NCBI GenBank assembly: GCA_041746255.1
Contig: JBGTHM010000004.1
Span: forward strand, 1-15,508
Source of the DNA: Fibrobacteria bacterium
GTDB taxonomy: Bacteria; Fibrobacterota; Fibrobacteria; UBA11236
Direction of reading: 5' to 3'
Length of the DNA stretch: 15,508 nucleotides
Below, piece by piece: positions 1-8,043 of the stretch (within the stretch, counting starts at the first letter, position 1; the number at the start of each line of letters is the position of its first letter). The position numbers were made by a program, and so were the translations under genes. The notes beneath the pieces were generated by a model that was given only the letters and a program-made list of their open reading frames with translations, ran no database searches and had not been told where the DNA came from.

Positions 1-138
1 TGGATTGAGAAGGACGAAAACCGGTCACTTTGAACCGGATTTTCACCCTCGGGTCAATCGTCCGAACCGGTCATCTTGAACCGGATCGGCCGGTCACTTT
101 GAATCGGATTAGCCGGTCACCATGAACCGGATTTTGCA
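1..138. mobile_element. Terminal region of an IS21-family insertion sequence (IS408/IS1162-like end); the element continues left of the window
   Basis: Four copies of a 20-bp motif (CCGGTCACTTTGAACCGGAT-like) are followed by TTTGCA ending at 138. Read inward on the minus strand the end is 5'-TGCAAAATCCGGTTCATGGTGACCGG, the TG-initiated, multiply repeated end typical of IS21-family elements. ChrA-like coding sequence starts abruptly at 139. No istA/istB is visible in the window. Confidence 0.8.
21..132 (+). repeat. Four imperfect 20-bp direct repeats (putative transposase-binding sites)
   Basis: 21-40 CCGGTCACTTTGAACCGGAT; 67-86 CCGGTCATCTTGAACCGGAT; 90-109 CCGGTCACTTTGAATCGGAT; 113-132 CCGGTCACCATGAACCGGAT. 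Start-to-start spacing is 46, 23, 23. Confidence 0.95.
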
Positions 139-795
139 GTACTTTGGAGTGCGATTCTATGGCTGGTTCCCATTGGGATGCTTTTTCATTTTTTCGGATG
201 GAACCATGGCTTCACCCAAATGGGATGGTTTTTCAGTAAGGCGGCTTTGCTTACCTTCGGCGGGGCTTATGCGGTATTGCCCTATGTCTTCGACGGGGCT
301 GTCGGGCATCACGGTTGGCTGACCGTTCCCCAGATGATGGCGGGATTGGCTCTGGGCGAAGCCACCCCGGGACCACTTATCATGGTTGTTTCTTTCGTGG
401 GGTTCGTGGGAGGGTATACGCAGGAGATGCTGGGTGCGCAGGGCCCCTTTTTCGCGGGAGTGGCGGCGGCCTGCCTCGTTACCTGGTTCACCTTTCTCCC
501 GTCTTTTCTCTTTATTTTCGCGGGTGGGCCGTTGGTGGAAAGTACTCGCGACGATTTGCACTTCTCCGCTCCTCTTACGGCCATCACGGCTGCGGTGGTA
601 GGAGTCATTCTCAACCTGGCATTTTTTTTCGGATACCACGTGCTGTGGCCGGAGGGATGGACGGAACGATTCGATTGGGTGGCGGCGACAATAGCTCTGG
701 GCGCGGCGATAGCCTTGTTCCGCCTCAAACGAGGCATCATTGAGGTGATTGCGGTTAGCGCCATGGTGGGTCTTGCCTTGAGTCTTACTTTGTAA
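139..795 (+). pseudogene. chrA: Chromate efflux transporter (CHR family), C-terminal half only; 5' part cut off by the IS21-like element
   Basis: CHR motifs FTQMGWFFSKAALLTFGGAYAVLPY, GLALGEATPGPLIMVVSFVGF, TFLPSFLFI and ITAAVVGVILNLA. The frame reads as ChrA-like hydrophobic sequence from 139 (VLWSAILWLVPIG), upstream of ATG 178, right up to the IS tip. Only one of the two CHR repeats of a long-chain ChrA is present. Confidence 0.85.
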
Positions 796-867
796 AAAAA
801 AAGCTTGCGTATACGGGCGCCCTTAATTTTTTTAATCCTTCATTCCAACTCGGAAAAGAAGGTAAAC

Positions 868-2151
868 ATGCCGCAAATTCCACGCGATGCCCTTCCCGAC
901 AGTACGCCGGCTTTGTTGATGGACGGCTACGACTTTATCGGAAAAAGGTGCCGAAAGCTGCAGTCCGATATCTTTCAGGCCCGCATCCTCTTGCGAAAAT
1001 CGATATGCATGAAAGGCGAGGCCGCCTCACGGCTTTTCCATGACAATGAATTCTTCTTGCGAAAGAATTCCGCTCCCGCCCGCCTTCAAAAAACCCTTTT
1101 GGGTCAAGGCGGCGTGCAGGGTATGGATGGCGAGGCCCACCGGCATCGGAAACAAATGTTCATGTCGCTGATGACACCCGAAAGCATCGACCATTTATCC
1201 GAACTCACAGCCCAACATTGGCGGGCCTACCTGAAGAAATGGGAAGCCATGGACCAAGTCGTACTTTTTTTCGAAGTGGAGGAAATTCTGTGCCGGGCGG
1301 TTTGCGCATGGGCGGGAGTGCCGCTAGAGGAGAGTGAGGTGGCGCAAAGAACCCAGGATTTCGAAGCCATGATCGACGCGTCGGGCGCGGTGGGCCTGCG
1401 GCATATGCGTGGTCGGCGCGCCCGCGGTCGCTGCGAGAAATGGCTGGGCGAGATTATCGGCAAGGTTCGTCGTCGTCACCTGCAGGCTGCGGAGGGAACG
1501 GCGCTTTATGCGGTAGCTTGGCATCATGATACGGAAGGGGAATTGCTGGACTCCCATACCGCCTCGGTGGAATTGCTCAACTTCTTGCGGCCTACGGTGG
1601 CGGTGAGCCGCTTCATCATCTTTTCCGCCTTGGCTTTGCACCAATATCCGTGGGAGCGGGAAAAGCTGAAGGCCGGCGGGGACGAATACAGCGAGTTGTT
1701 CGTCCAGGAGGTGCGTCGTTTTTATCCCTTTTTCCCTTTTGTCGGCGCCCGCGTCCGCAAGAATTTCCAATGGAGGGGTTATCGCTTTCCCAAGGGAACG
1801 CGGGTATTTCTTGATTTATATGGCACCGATCATGATCCAGCGATTTGGCAAGAGCCGGAGGAGTTCCGTCCCGAAAGATTTCGGGATTGGAACGGCAGCG
1901 CCTTCAACTTCATTCCCCAGGGAGGGGGCGATCATTATCTTAATCACCGCTGTCCGGGAGAATGGATAACCAAGGCATTGATGAAAACAGCCTTGAATTT
2001 TTTCGTCAATAAAATGGAATATGCCTTGCCGGAGCAGAACCTTCACGTCAGCCTGAAGCGCATTCCCGCGATTCCGCGAAGTCGGATCCTAATCAGCGAC
2101 TGCAGATTAATCCAAACTCAATCGCAGCATGAGCTAAGTTATAGCGGTTAG
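868..2151 (+). CDS. cypC: Cytochrome P450 of the CYP152 family (H2O2-dependent fatty-acid peroxygenase)
   Basis: I-helix NFLRPTVAV has the CYP152 Arg-Pro pair in place of the acid-alcohol pair. Also present: EVRRFYPFFP (ExxR), FRPERF, heme ligand HRCPGEW and LLGQGGVQGMDG. ATG 868 is preceded by GAAGG and is preferred to TTG 805. Confidence 0.93.
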   Translation: MPQIPRDALPDSTPALLMDGYDFIGKRCRKLQSDIFQARILLRKSICMKGEAASRLFHDNEFFLRKNSAPARLQKTLLGQGGVQGMDGEAHRHRKQMFMSLMTPESIDHLSELTAQHWRAYLKKWEAMDQVVLFFEVEEILCRAVCAWAGVPLEESEVAQRTQDFEAMIDASGAVGLRHMRGRRARGRCEKWLGEIIGKVRRRHLQAAEGTALYAVAWHHDTEGELLDSHTASVELLNFLRPTVAVSRFIIFSALALHQYPWEREKLKAGGDEYSELFVQEVRRFYPFFPFVGARVRKNFQWRGYRFPKGTRVFLDLYGTDHDPAIWQEPEEFRPERFRDWNGSAFNFIPQGGGDHYLNHRCPGEWITKALMKTALNFFVNKMEYALPEQNLHVSLKRIPAIPRSRILISDCRLIQTQSQHELSYSG

Positions 2152-2187
2152 CGCGACGGCGTGTCTGGCTTGAATTTTTTCTGTAAT

Positions 2188-2628
2188 CTAAGTCCGTAAA
2201 ATCCGTAAATCCAAGCCCTGCTTGCGATAAGTTTCAAAACCTCGATCAAAGGTGACGAACTTAAATGAATAGCCGATGGCGAAGGAGGCTAGGTAGGCGT
2301 CCATCCAGATTTTAGGTGAGGCTGCCGTCGACCGGGATAATCGAAACCAAATTTCCTGGAATCCCGGCGGCTCTTCTGTTACAAATAACAATCCCGGAAA
2401 CCCCATGAGAGAAGTCCACAATTTCAGCGCCTGCGCATTGGTACGAACCTCTTCCCGCATAACCGCTTGCGTTGTCAAAAGTCGTAGCAGGGAAAGTTGC
2501 ACGGGCCGGCATACTATGGCCGCAGTTTCCCGGGTCAAAGTTTGCATCCAGTCTCTTGCGAGAAGATGATGAGGGTGGCTTTGGCTCAGAACAGCGAGCA
2601 GGACATTACTGTCGCAGAGATGCCGCAT
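2188..2628 (-). CDS. vapC: VapC-family PIN-domain toxin (ribonuclease)
   Basis: PIN motifs LCDSNVLLA, LLRLLT, WMDAYLASFA and FVTFDRGF. The start at ATG 2628 (MRHLCDSN) overlaps the upstream antitoxin by 23 nt; 146 aa. Confidence 0.9.
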   Translation of the reverse strand: MRHLCDSNVLLAVLSQSHPHHLLARDWMQTLTRETAAIVCRPVQLSLLRLLTTQAVMREEVRTNAQALKLWTSLMGFPGLLFVTEEPPGFQEIWFRLSRSTAASPKIWMDAYLASFAIGYSFKFVTFDRGFETYRKQGLDLRILRT

Positions 2629-2869
2629 AGCGTTCCAATTCTTCGGCGACTTCCAGCCGTGAAGCAATATCGTCCGGGATTTCCAAAGGTTTTTTACGGG
2701 AAGAAGTTATTAGTGGCAAATCCGTAGGGTTTTCCACGGGTTTCCAGGATTCCTGGAGGACCATGCGAACACCCTCAGCCACCAATTCGCGTACCTTTTT
2801 GCCACGCATAGCAGCAGTGGCTTTAAGTCTCCGGTAAAGCTCGTCCTCAAATTCTATGGTAGCCTTCAT
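2606..2869 (-). CDS. vapB: VapB-type antitoxin with ribbon-helix-helix DNA-binding N-terminus
   Basis: MKATIEFEDELYRRLKATAAMRGKKVRELVAEGVR has the strand-helix-helix pattern. The 87-aa gene lies directly upstream of and overlaps the PIN toxin. Confidence 0.85.
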   Translation of the reverse strand: MKATIEFEDELYRRLKATAAMRGKKVRELVAEGVRMVLQESWKPVENPTDLPLITSSRKKPLEIPDDIASRLEVAEELERYAASLRQ

Positions 2870-2875
2870 AAAACA

Positions 2876-2904
2876 AGTATACCATAAAACCATATAAATG
2901 GCAA
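2876..2904 (-). promoter_or_regulatory. Sigma70-type promoter of vapBC with probable autoregulatory operator
   Basis: Minus strand: TTGCCA-17 bp-TATACT with an extended-10 TG, then 6 nt, then the ATG at 2869. Inverted repeat CCAT-N4-ATGG (2890-2901) and tandem TATGG copies overlap the -35 and spacer. Confidence 0.7.
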
Positions 2905-2930
2905 TGGGTTCACTTGCTCCCTTAAACCGT

Positions 2931-4286
2931 TCAAAGTTCCACGGAATCGCGGTATTCCGGGGTTTCGGCGTCCCATCCCAAATCGCGTCGAATGCGCAGC
3001 CTTAAGGCTTCTGAAGATTCCGGTTCGCCATGGGTGATGAAAATCCGGCGCGGCGCTTTTCCCGCTCCCTTGATCCACTCGACTATCTGGCCGGCATCGG
3101 CGTGGGCTGAGGAATTTTTCATGGAAACGACTTCCGCCCTTACCGCGATATATTCCCCGTGAATTTTCAACTCTTCGGCTCCGCGCGCCAAGGCGGCTCC
3201 CCGAGTGGATGCGGCTTGATAGCCCGCAAGCAGGATGATGGTATTGCGAAGCGGCGCAAAGGCTTTGAGGTGGTGCAGTATGCGTCCTCCGGTGGCCATG
3301 CCGCTGGCGGAGATGAGAATCATGGGGCCTTTGCTTTGCGAAAGCTTCGCCGATTCTTCCGGTGCCTGCACATAGTGGGCGATCCCGAAAACGTCATCGG
3401 ATAGTTTGGCTCCGAGGGCATGATCGCCTGGATGCTTTGCGTAGAGCTCAGTGGCCGCGATAGCCATGGGGCTGTCTACATAGATGGGGATGCGCGGAAG
3501 CCTTCCCGCATTTTTAAGCTGGTAAAGCAGGTAGAGCAGCGCTTGGGTACGACCAACGGCGAAGGAGGGGATAAGCAATACGCCCGAATCCTTCACTGCT
3601 TTTTGAACCAGCTCCTCAAGTTGGTCCAAGGGGTTGGTGTCGCCGTGAATTCGATCACCATAGGTGGATTCCACCACCAGATAATCGGTTTCACCCGGTT
3701 TTTCGGGAGGCGGGAACATGGGATCGTCCGGACGCCCGAGATCTCCGGAAAAAGTAATGCTGACGTCGGCATGGCTTAGGCGTAGACTGGCAGCTCCGAG
3801 AATATGGCCGGCCTTGAAGAAGGACATTTCCAAGCCATCGCGCAGTGGAAAGGGAATATTCCAATCGACCGCCCGAAACAACCGCAAACTTTTTTCGACA
3901 TCGTCGGAGTCGAACAATGCCTCGGGATTCCGATGCTTGGAATAACCTTTGCGTCGGGCGTATTCCGCCTCCTCTTCCATGATTTTCGCGCTGTCCATCA
4001 ACAGGATGCGGCAGAGATCGCGGGTGGCCGCGGTGCAATAAACCGTGCCGTTGAAGCCCTCTTTGACCAAGCGGGGGAGATACCCGGAGTGGTCAAGGTG
4101 CGCGTGGGTGAGGACTACCGCGTCGATGGTTTCCGCTGCCACGGGAAAATGAGCCCAGTTTTTCAACCGCAGCGCTTTGAGCCCCTGGAAAAGTCCGCAG
4201 TCGACCAACACCTTACGGCTTTGGTATTCAATCAGGTATTTAGAGCCGGTCACTGTACCCGTGCCGCCCAGAAATGTCAACCGCAT
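2931..4286 (-). CDS. MBL-fold beta-CASP ribonuclease (YSH1/TTHA0252-like)
   Basis: Motifs FLGGTGTVTGS, DCGLFQG, THAHLDH, AGHILG, SGDLG, ESTYG, SAHAD and ITHGE. ATG 4286 is preceded by the SD GAGGAG. Confidence 0.92.
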   Translation of the reverse strand: MRLTFLGGTGTVTGSKYLIEYQSRKVLVDCGLFQGLKALRLKNWAHFPVAAETIDAVVLTHAHLDHSGYLPRLVKEGFNGTVYCTAATRDLCRILLMDSAKIMEEEAEYARRKGYSKHRNPEALFDSDDVEKSLRLFRAVDWNIPFPLRDGLEMSFFKAGHILGAASLRLSHADVSITFSGDLGRPDDPMFPPPEKPGETDYLVVESTYGDRIHGDTNPLDQLEELVQKAVKDSGVLLIPSFAVGRTQALLYLLYQLKNAGRLPRIPIYVDSPMAIAATELYAKHPGDHALGAKLSDDVFGIAHYVQAPEESAKLSQSKGPMILISASGMATGGRILHHLKAFAPLRNTIILLAGYQAASTRGAALARGAEELKIHGEYIAVRAEVVSMKNSSAHADAGQIVEWIKGAGKAPRRIFITHGEPESSEALRLRIRRDLGWDAETPEYRDSVEL

Positions 4287-4436
4287 AATTGTCTTCTCCT
4301 CGGAAAATTCCACTTATCTCGACCCCTAAGAATAGAATTTTACGACAAGATTAAATGCCTGACGGGTTCCGTTGACTTTGCAATCCAAATTGATTTGCTT
4401 AATATATGAGACGTCGCAACTTTTGGAGAAGCATTC

Positions 4437-5000
4437 ATGAAAGTTCCCTTGACCATCTCTTACCATGGTATCGAAAAGCGTGAGGATATTGATGCCTTGA
4501 TTCGCGAAGAAGCGTCCAAGCTGGAGCGGTTCAACGATCATATCAACAGTTGCCGCATTTCCATCGATCAGGTAACGGGGCGTATCGAAAACGGAGGCTA
4601 TCGCATCACAATTGACATGCGCGTGGCTCCAGGCCATGAAATCGTGGTCAAGCACGAACCGAAGGATTCCAAAGAGCAGCCGGCGATTCAAGCCATCATT
4701 CGAGATGGATTCAAAACCGCTCGTGAACGTTTGAGACGATTGAGCGAACAGCAGCGTCAGGAGGTGAAGTCCCATCCGGAGCAGCAGGTACAGGCCGCCA
4801 TCGCTCGATTGCAGGACGATCATGGATTCTTGCGCAGTGCCGACGGTCGCGATATTTACTTTCATCGCAACTCCGTGATCGACGCCGATTTCGACGATCT
4901 GCGCATTGGAGCCGGGGTGGCTTTTTCCGAAGAAATGGGCGAGAACGGTCCCCAAGCGTCTTCGGTCAGGCTGGTTGATGCCCGGGGTGGATCGCGATAA
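4437..5000 (+). CDS. HPF/RaiA (S30AE)-family ribosome-associated protein fused to a C-terminal cold-shock domain
   Basis: The N-terminus has the HPF pattern (PLTISYHGIE...IREEASKLERFNDHINSCRISI...YRITIDMRVAPGHEIVV...IRDGFKTARERL). The C-terminal CSD has RNP-like HGFL and IYFH and ends GPQASSV. SD GGAG lies upstream. Confidence 0.88.
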   Translation: MKVPLTISYHGIEKREDIDALIREEASKLERFNDHINSCRISIDQVTGRIENGGYRITIDMRVAPGHEIVVKHEPKDSKEQPAIQAIIRDGFKTARERLRRLSEQQRQEVKSHPEQQVQAAIARLQDDHGFLRSADGRDIYFHRNSVIDADFDDLRIGAGVAFSEEMGENGPQASSVRLVDARGGSR

Positions 5001-5041
5001 ACTTGAGAATAGCGATTTCGAAATCGCCCTTCAGAACGAAT

Positions 5042-7891
5042 ATGTCCACTACAATATCCACACATCCCTTTTCTCCAATGGAAATTTCCATGGAAAATCC
5101 CAATAACCTGTCACAGGCTTTAGTTATTCTGGATGAAAATCGGAAAATCCTGAAATGGAGCGAAAAGGCCCGGAAAATTTTCGGCTGGCTGGATGAGGAG
5201 GTGGAAGGCAAGGAATTGCTGTCCCTAATATTTCCCGAAAAGCCCTCGGAAATCGATGAATTGAGCCATAAGCTTTTTGGAAGCGGCATGTCTTATACCT
5301 TGTCGCAACGTACCACCGAGGTCGTTGTCCGGCATCGCGACGGGGAGAGCCTTGCATTAGAAATAAATGTGGTTCCTTGTCTCATAAACCAAGAAAAGCG
5401 GGTATACGTTTTCATCCATGACCTTGCCACCGGAAACTGGGCGAATCAAAACAAGCGGATCCAAATGGCAATTACCAACCTACTTGCCCGCTCTCCCCGT
5501 TTGGACGAAGTCTTTCCGCAAATCCTGGCGGCATTCTGCCATCACACCGCGTGGGTATTCGGCGCCTTTTGGAAGCTGGAACTGGGAGGGGAATGGGCCA
5601 ATTGCGTGCATTCCGAAAATCGGATTCCCGGCGAGTTGGATGAATTTTCGAATAGGACACGCACCTTGGTGATTAAAAAGGGAAATAGCCTGCCCGGAGG
5701 GGTTTGGGAATCGGAGGAAATGGTTTGGATAACAGATATCACGGGAAGGGAATTTTTCATTCGCGCCCCTGAAGCGAAAGCCGGAGGCCTGGAAACCGGT
5801 TTCGGCATACCCATCAAGCAGGGTGTCCGGTTTTTCGGGGCCTTCGAGTTTTATTCTCGACAGAGCTTGTTTCCCGATCCCGAATTTCTGGGCCTGATCC
5901 ATTCTTTTTCGGAACAGCTCAGTGAGTATATCACTCTTAAAGATGCCGAAGAGACCATACGCATCAATGAAGAACGTTTTCGCGCGGCAGCCAAATATGC
6001 TTCCTTCGTACCTGCGGAAGTGGACAGTGAGTTGCGCTACCGATGGATATTCAACCCGGATCCGGATTTCAAACCAGCGCAGGTGATTGGCAAGCGTGAT
6101 GATGAATTGGAGAATACGCCAAGCATAATGCGGCTTGTAGAATTGAAGCGGAGAGTGTTGGAAAGCGGAGCCGGCGCCACCGAGGAAATCGCTTTCGAGC
6201 GCGGCGATGGCATGCATTTTTACGATTTCATCATTGAGCCCATTCGGAACGCTGAGGGCATTGTTACCGGCGTTATGAGCGTGGCATTCGACATCACCAA
6301 TCGTCGGCGCACGGAAAGAGAATTGATTAAATTCGGTTTGCTGGTGGAGGAAAGTACTGAATTCATCGCTTTGATTGATCTGAATTGCAGCCTCCTTTAT
6401 CTGAACCGGGCCGCCAAACGCATAGTTGGTATACCGGAAACCGAATTGGAGCGAGGTGTGAACGTCTTTGATTTCATAACTCCCGAAGACAGGAGCGAAT
6501 TAAAGGAAATCGTCCAACGGGTCATCATTCAGGGTAGCTGGCAGGGTGAATTCCGGTTGATGAATAAGAGTACCGGAAAGGTTACTCCCGTTGCTTGGAA
6601 CATTTTTCTCCTGCGTGAAAAATACCATTCTGAAGACCGCGAGGGCGCGGTGGTGGCCATGGCCGTGCTGGCATCGGATTTGACGGAACTGAAAGAAAAG
6701 GAAGAGCATTTGCGTCAGGCGCATAAGATGGAAGCTCTGGGGCGGCTGGCAGGGGGCATCGCCCACGATTTCAACAATCTACTTACCGCCATTATCGGAT
6801 ACAGCGATATGCTGGTCGGAAGTTTTTCCGAGGGGGAGGCCAATTACGATCTGGCGGCGGAGATCAAACGCGCTGGCGAGCGCGCTTCCTCCTTGACGCG
6901 TCAGTTATTGACGTATAGCCGAAAACAAGTTTTCGAAAAAAGGATAATAAACATCAACGACACGGTGTTCAGCATGGAAACCATGCTGAAGCGTCTGATC
7001 GGTGAAAATGTGACCCTGGAATCGCAAACGGATGCGGAACTTCGGCTCATTGAAATGGATCCGGGTCATCTGGAGCAGATCATTCTCAACCTGGTGCTAA
7101 ATGCCCGCGACGCCATGCCTTCGGGCGGTCGGCTATTGCTGGAAACCCACAATGTGAACCTGGATAAGGAAGCTCTTCGAGCTTTGCCATCCTTGAAACC
7201 GGGGCCCTATGTGGTCATGTGCGTGACGGATACGGGGGAGGGCATGGACTCGGAAACCTTATCCCACATTTTCGAGCCGTTTTTCACGACTAAGAAAGAA
7301 GGGGATGGAACGGGACTGGGTCTTTCCATGGCATGGGGTATCGTTCAGCAAGCGGAGGGAGCTATCCAGGTTGAAAGCGCATCTGGAAAGGGAACGATCT
7401 TCCGGCTTTATTTTCCGGCAACCCTGCAGAAACAGATAGTGAAGGAAGTGGCTCCCGCCTCAAACATGGCTTCGCCAGAGGCAACGGAAACCATTCTATT
7501 GGTTGAGGATGAAGAGGTGGTGAGAAGCTTTTTACGGAAGGGGCTGGAAAGCGGCGGCTACCGAGTTTTGGAAGCTTCCAATGGAAAAGAAGCTTTGGAA
7601 ATGGAAAGAAATTTTCACATGCCGATACACTTGTTGGTTACCGACCTGGTAATGCCGGAAATGGGGGGGATGGAATTGGCGGAGGCGATCAAGCAGCGGC
7701 ATTCCGACGTTCGGGTTCTTTTCGTTTCCGGTTATACCCCCGATGCCCGTATTGCGAATCGGCTAAAGGACGGGGAAATCGAATTACTGGGAAAGCCCTT
7801 TACCGCCGAAATCCTGCTCGAAAGCGTTGGGAGGCTTCTCGGCCAGGGAAGCCCTAAGGGCGCTACTCCGGATTCGGCTCCTCGGCCATAG
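5042..7891 (+). CDS. Hybrid sensor histidine kinase/response regulator (PAS-GAF-PAS-PAS-HisKA-HATPase-REC; CckA-like), cytoplasmic
   Basis: H-box GGIAHDFNNLL; N-box NLVLNARDAM; G1 DTGEGM; F FEPFFTTK; G2 GTGLGL. Receiver: LLVEDE, VTDLVMP, VSGY, KPF. GAF: GNSLPGGVWES. No transmembrane segment is evident. The start is uncertain (ATG 5042, 5078 or 5090). Confidence 0.92.
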   Translation: MSTTISTHPFSPMEISMENPNNLSQALVILDENRKILKWSEKARKIFGWLDEEVEGKELLSLIFPEKPSEIDELSHKLFGSGMSYTLSQRTTEVVVRHRDGESLALEINVVPCLINQEKRVYVFIHDLATGNWANQNKRIQMAITNLLARSPRLDEVFPQILAAFCHHTAWVFGAFWKLELGGEWANCVHSENRIPGELDEFSNRTRTLVIKKGNSLPGGVWESEEMVWITDITGREFFIRAPEAKAGGLETGFGIPIKQGVRFFGAFEFYSRQSLFPDPEFLGLIHSFSEQLSEYITLKDAEETIRINEERFRAAAKYASFVPAEVDSELRYRWIFNPDPDFKPAQVIGKRDDELENTPSIMRLVELKRRVLESGAGATEEIAFERGDGMHFYDFIIEPIRNAEGIVTGVMSVAFDITNRRRTERELIKFGLLVEESTEFIALIDLNCSLLYLNRAAKRIVGIPETELERGVNVFDFITPEDRSELKEIVQRVIIQGSWQGEFRLMNKSTGKVTPVAWNIFLLREKYHSEDREGAVVAMAVLASDLTELKEKEEHLRQAHKMEALGRLAGGIAHDFNNLLTAIIGYSDMLVGSFSEGEANYDLAAEIKRAGERASSLTRQLLTYSRKQVFEKRIININDTVFSMETMLKRLIGENVTLESQTDAELRLIEMDPGHLEQIILNLVLNARDAMPSGGRLLLETHNVNLDKEALRALPSLKPGPYVVMCVTDTGEGMDSETLSHIFEPFFTTKKEGDGTGLGLSMAWGIVQQAEGAIQVESASGKGTIFRLYFPATLQKQIVKEVAPASNMASPEATETILLVEDEEVVRSFLRKGLESGGYRVLEASNGKEALEMERNFHMPIHLLVTDLVMPEMGGMELAEAIKQRHSDVRVLFVSGYTPDARIANRLKDGEIELLGKPFTAEILLESVGRLLGQGSPKGATPDSAPRP

Positions 7892-7961
7892 CCACAAACA
7901 TCCGAAATGAATCGGAAATCGAGATAAAACTAACTCCGTTCTCACTCCGGATAAATTCCAC

Positions 7962-7993
7962 TTGACTTATAATCGTAAATCTACGATATTAAA
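7962..7993 (+). promoter_or_regulatory. arsM promoter with ArsR operator palindrome
   Basis: TTGACT (7962-7967) is followed by ATCGTA-aatc-TACGAT (7972-7987). The sequence is nearly identical to that upstream of arsR. Confidence 0.8.
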
Positions 7994-8043
7994 ATAATCA
8001 TTTGAGCGGTGCGTCGTTTTAACTGCTAACATAAGGAATCAAA

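Noticed and set aside
21..132. CRISPR array
   Set aside because: Repeats are 20 bp with 3-bp gaps (one of 26 bp), too short for spacers. There are no cas genes, and the TG/CA tip plus the truncated chrA fit an IS21 end.
805..867. N-terminal extension of the P450 from TTG 805
   Set aside because: No SD, AT-tract intergenic character, and CYP152-like sequence begins at MPQIPRD (868).
2152..2187. Bidirectional terminator between the convergent P450 and vapC
   Set aside because: A T-tract is present but no convincing GC stem precedes it.
2629..2667. Longer vapC start given by the ORF track
   Set aside because: PIN domains begin a few residues before the first Asp. ATG 2628 fits this and gives a typical short TA overlap.
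4372..4405. FNR/CRP box in the divergent RNase/HPF-CSD promoter region
   Set aside because: Only half-sites are present (TTGAC at 4372, TTGAT at 4390). The partner ATCAA half at N4 spacing is poorly matched, so hypoxic regulation is unsupported.
3804..6217. Long alternative ORFs 3804-4409 (+), 4326-4955 (-) and 5480-6217 (-)
   Set aside because: Antisense shadows of well-supported genes with no recognisable motifs.
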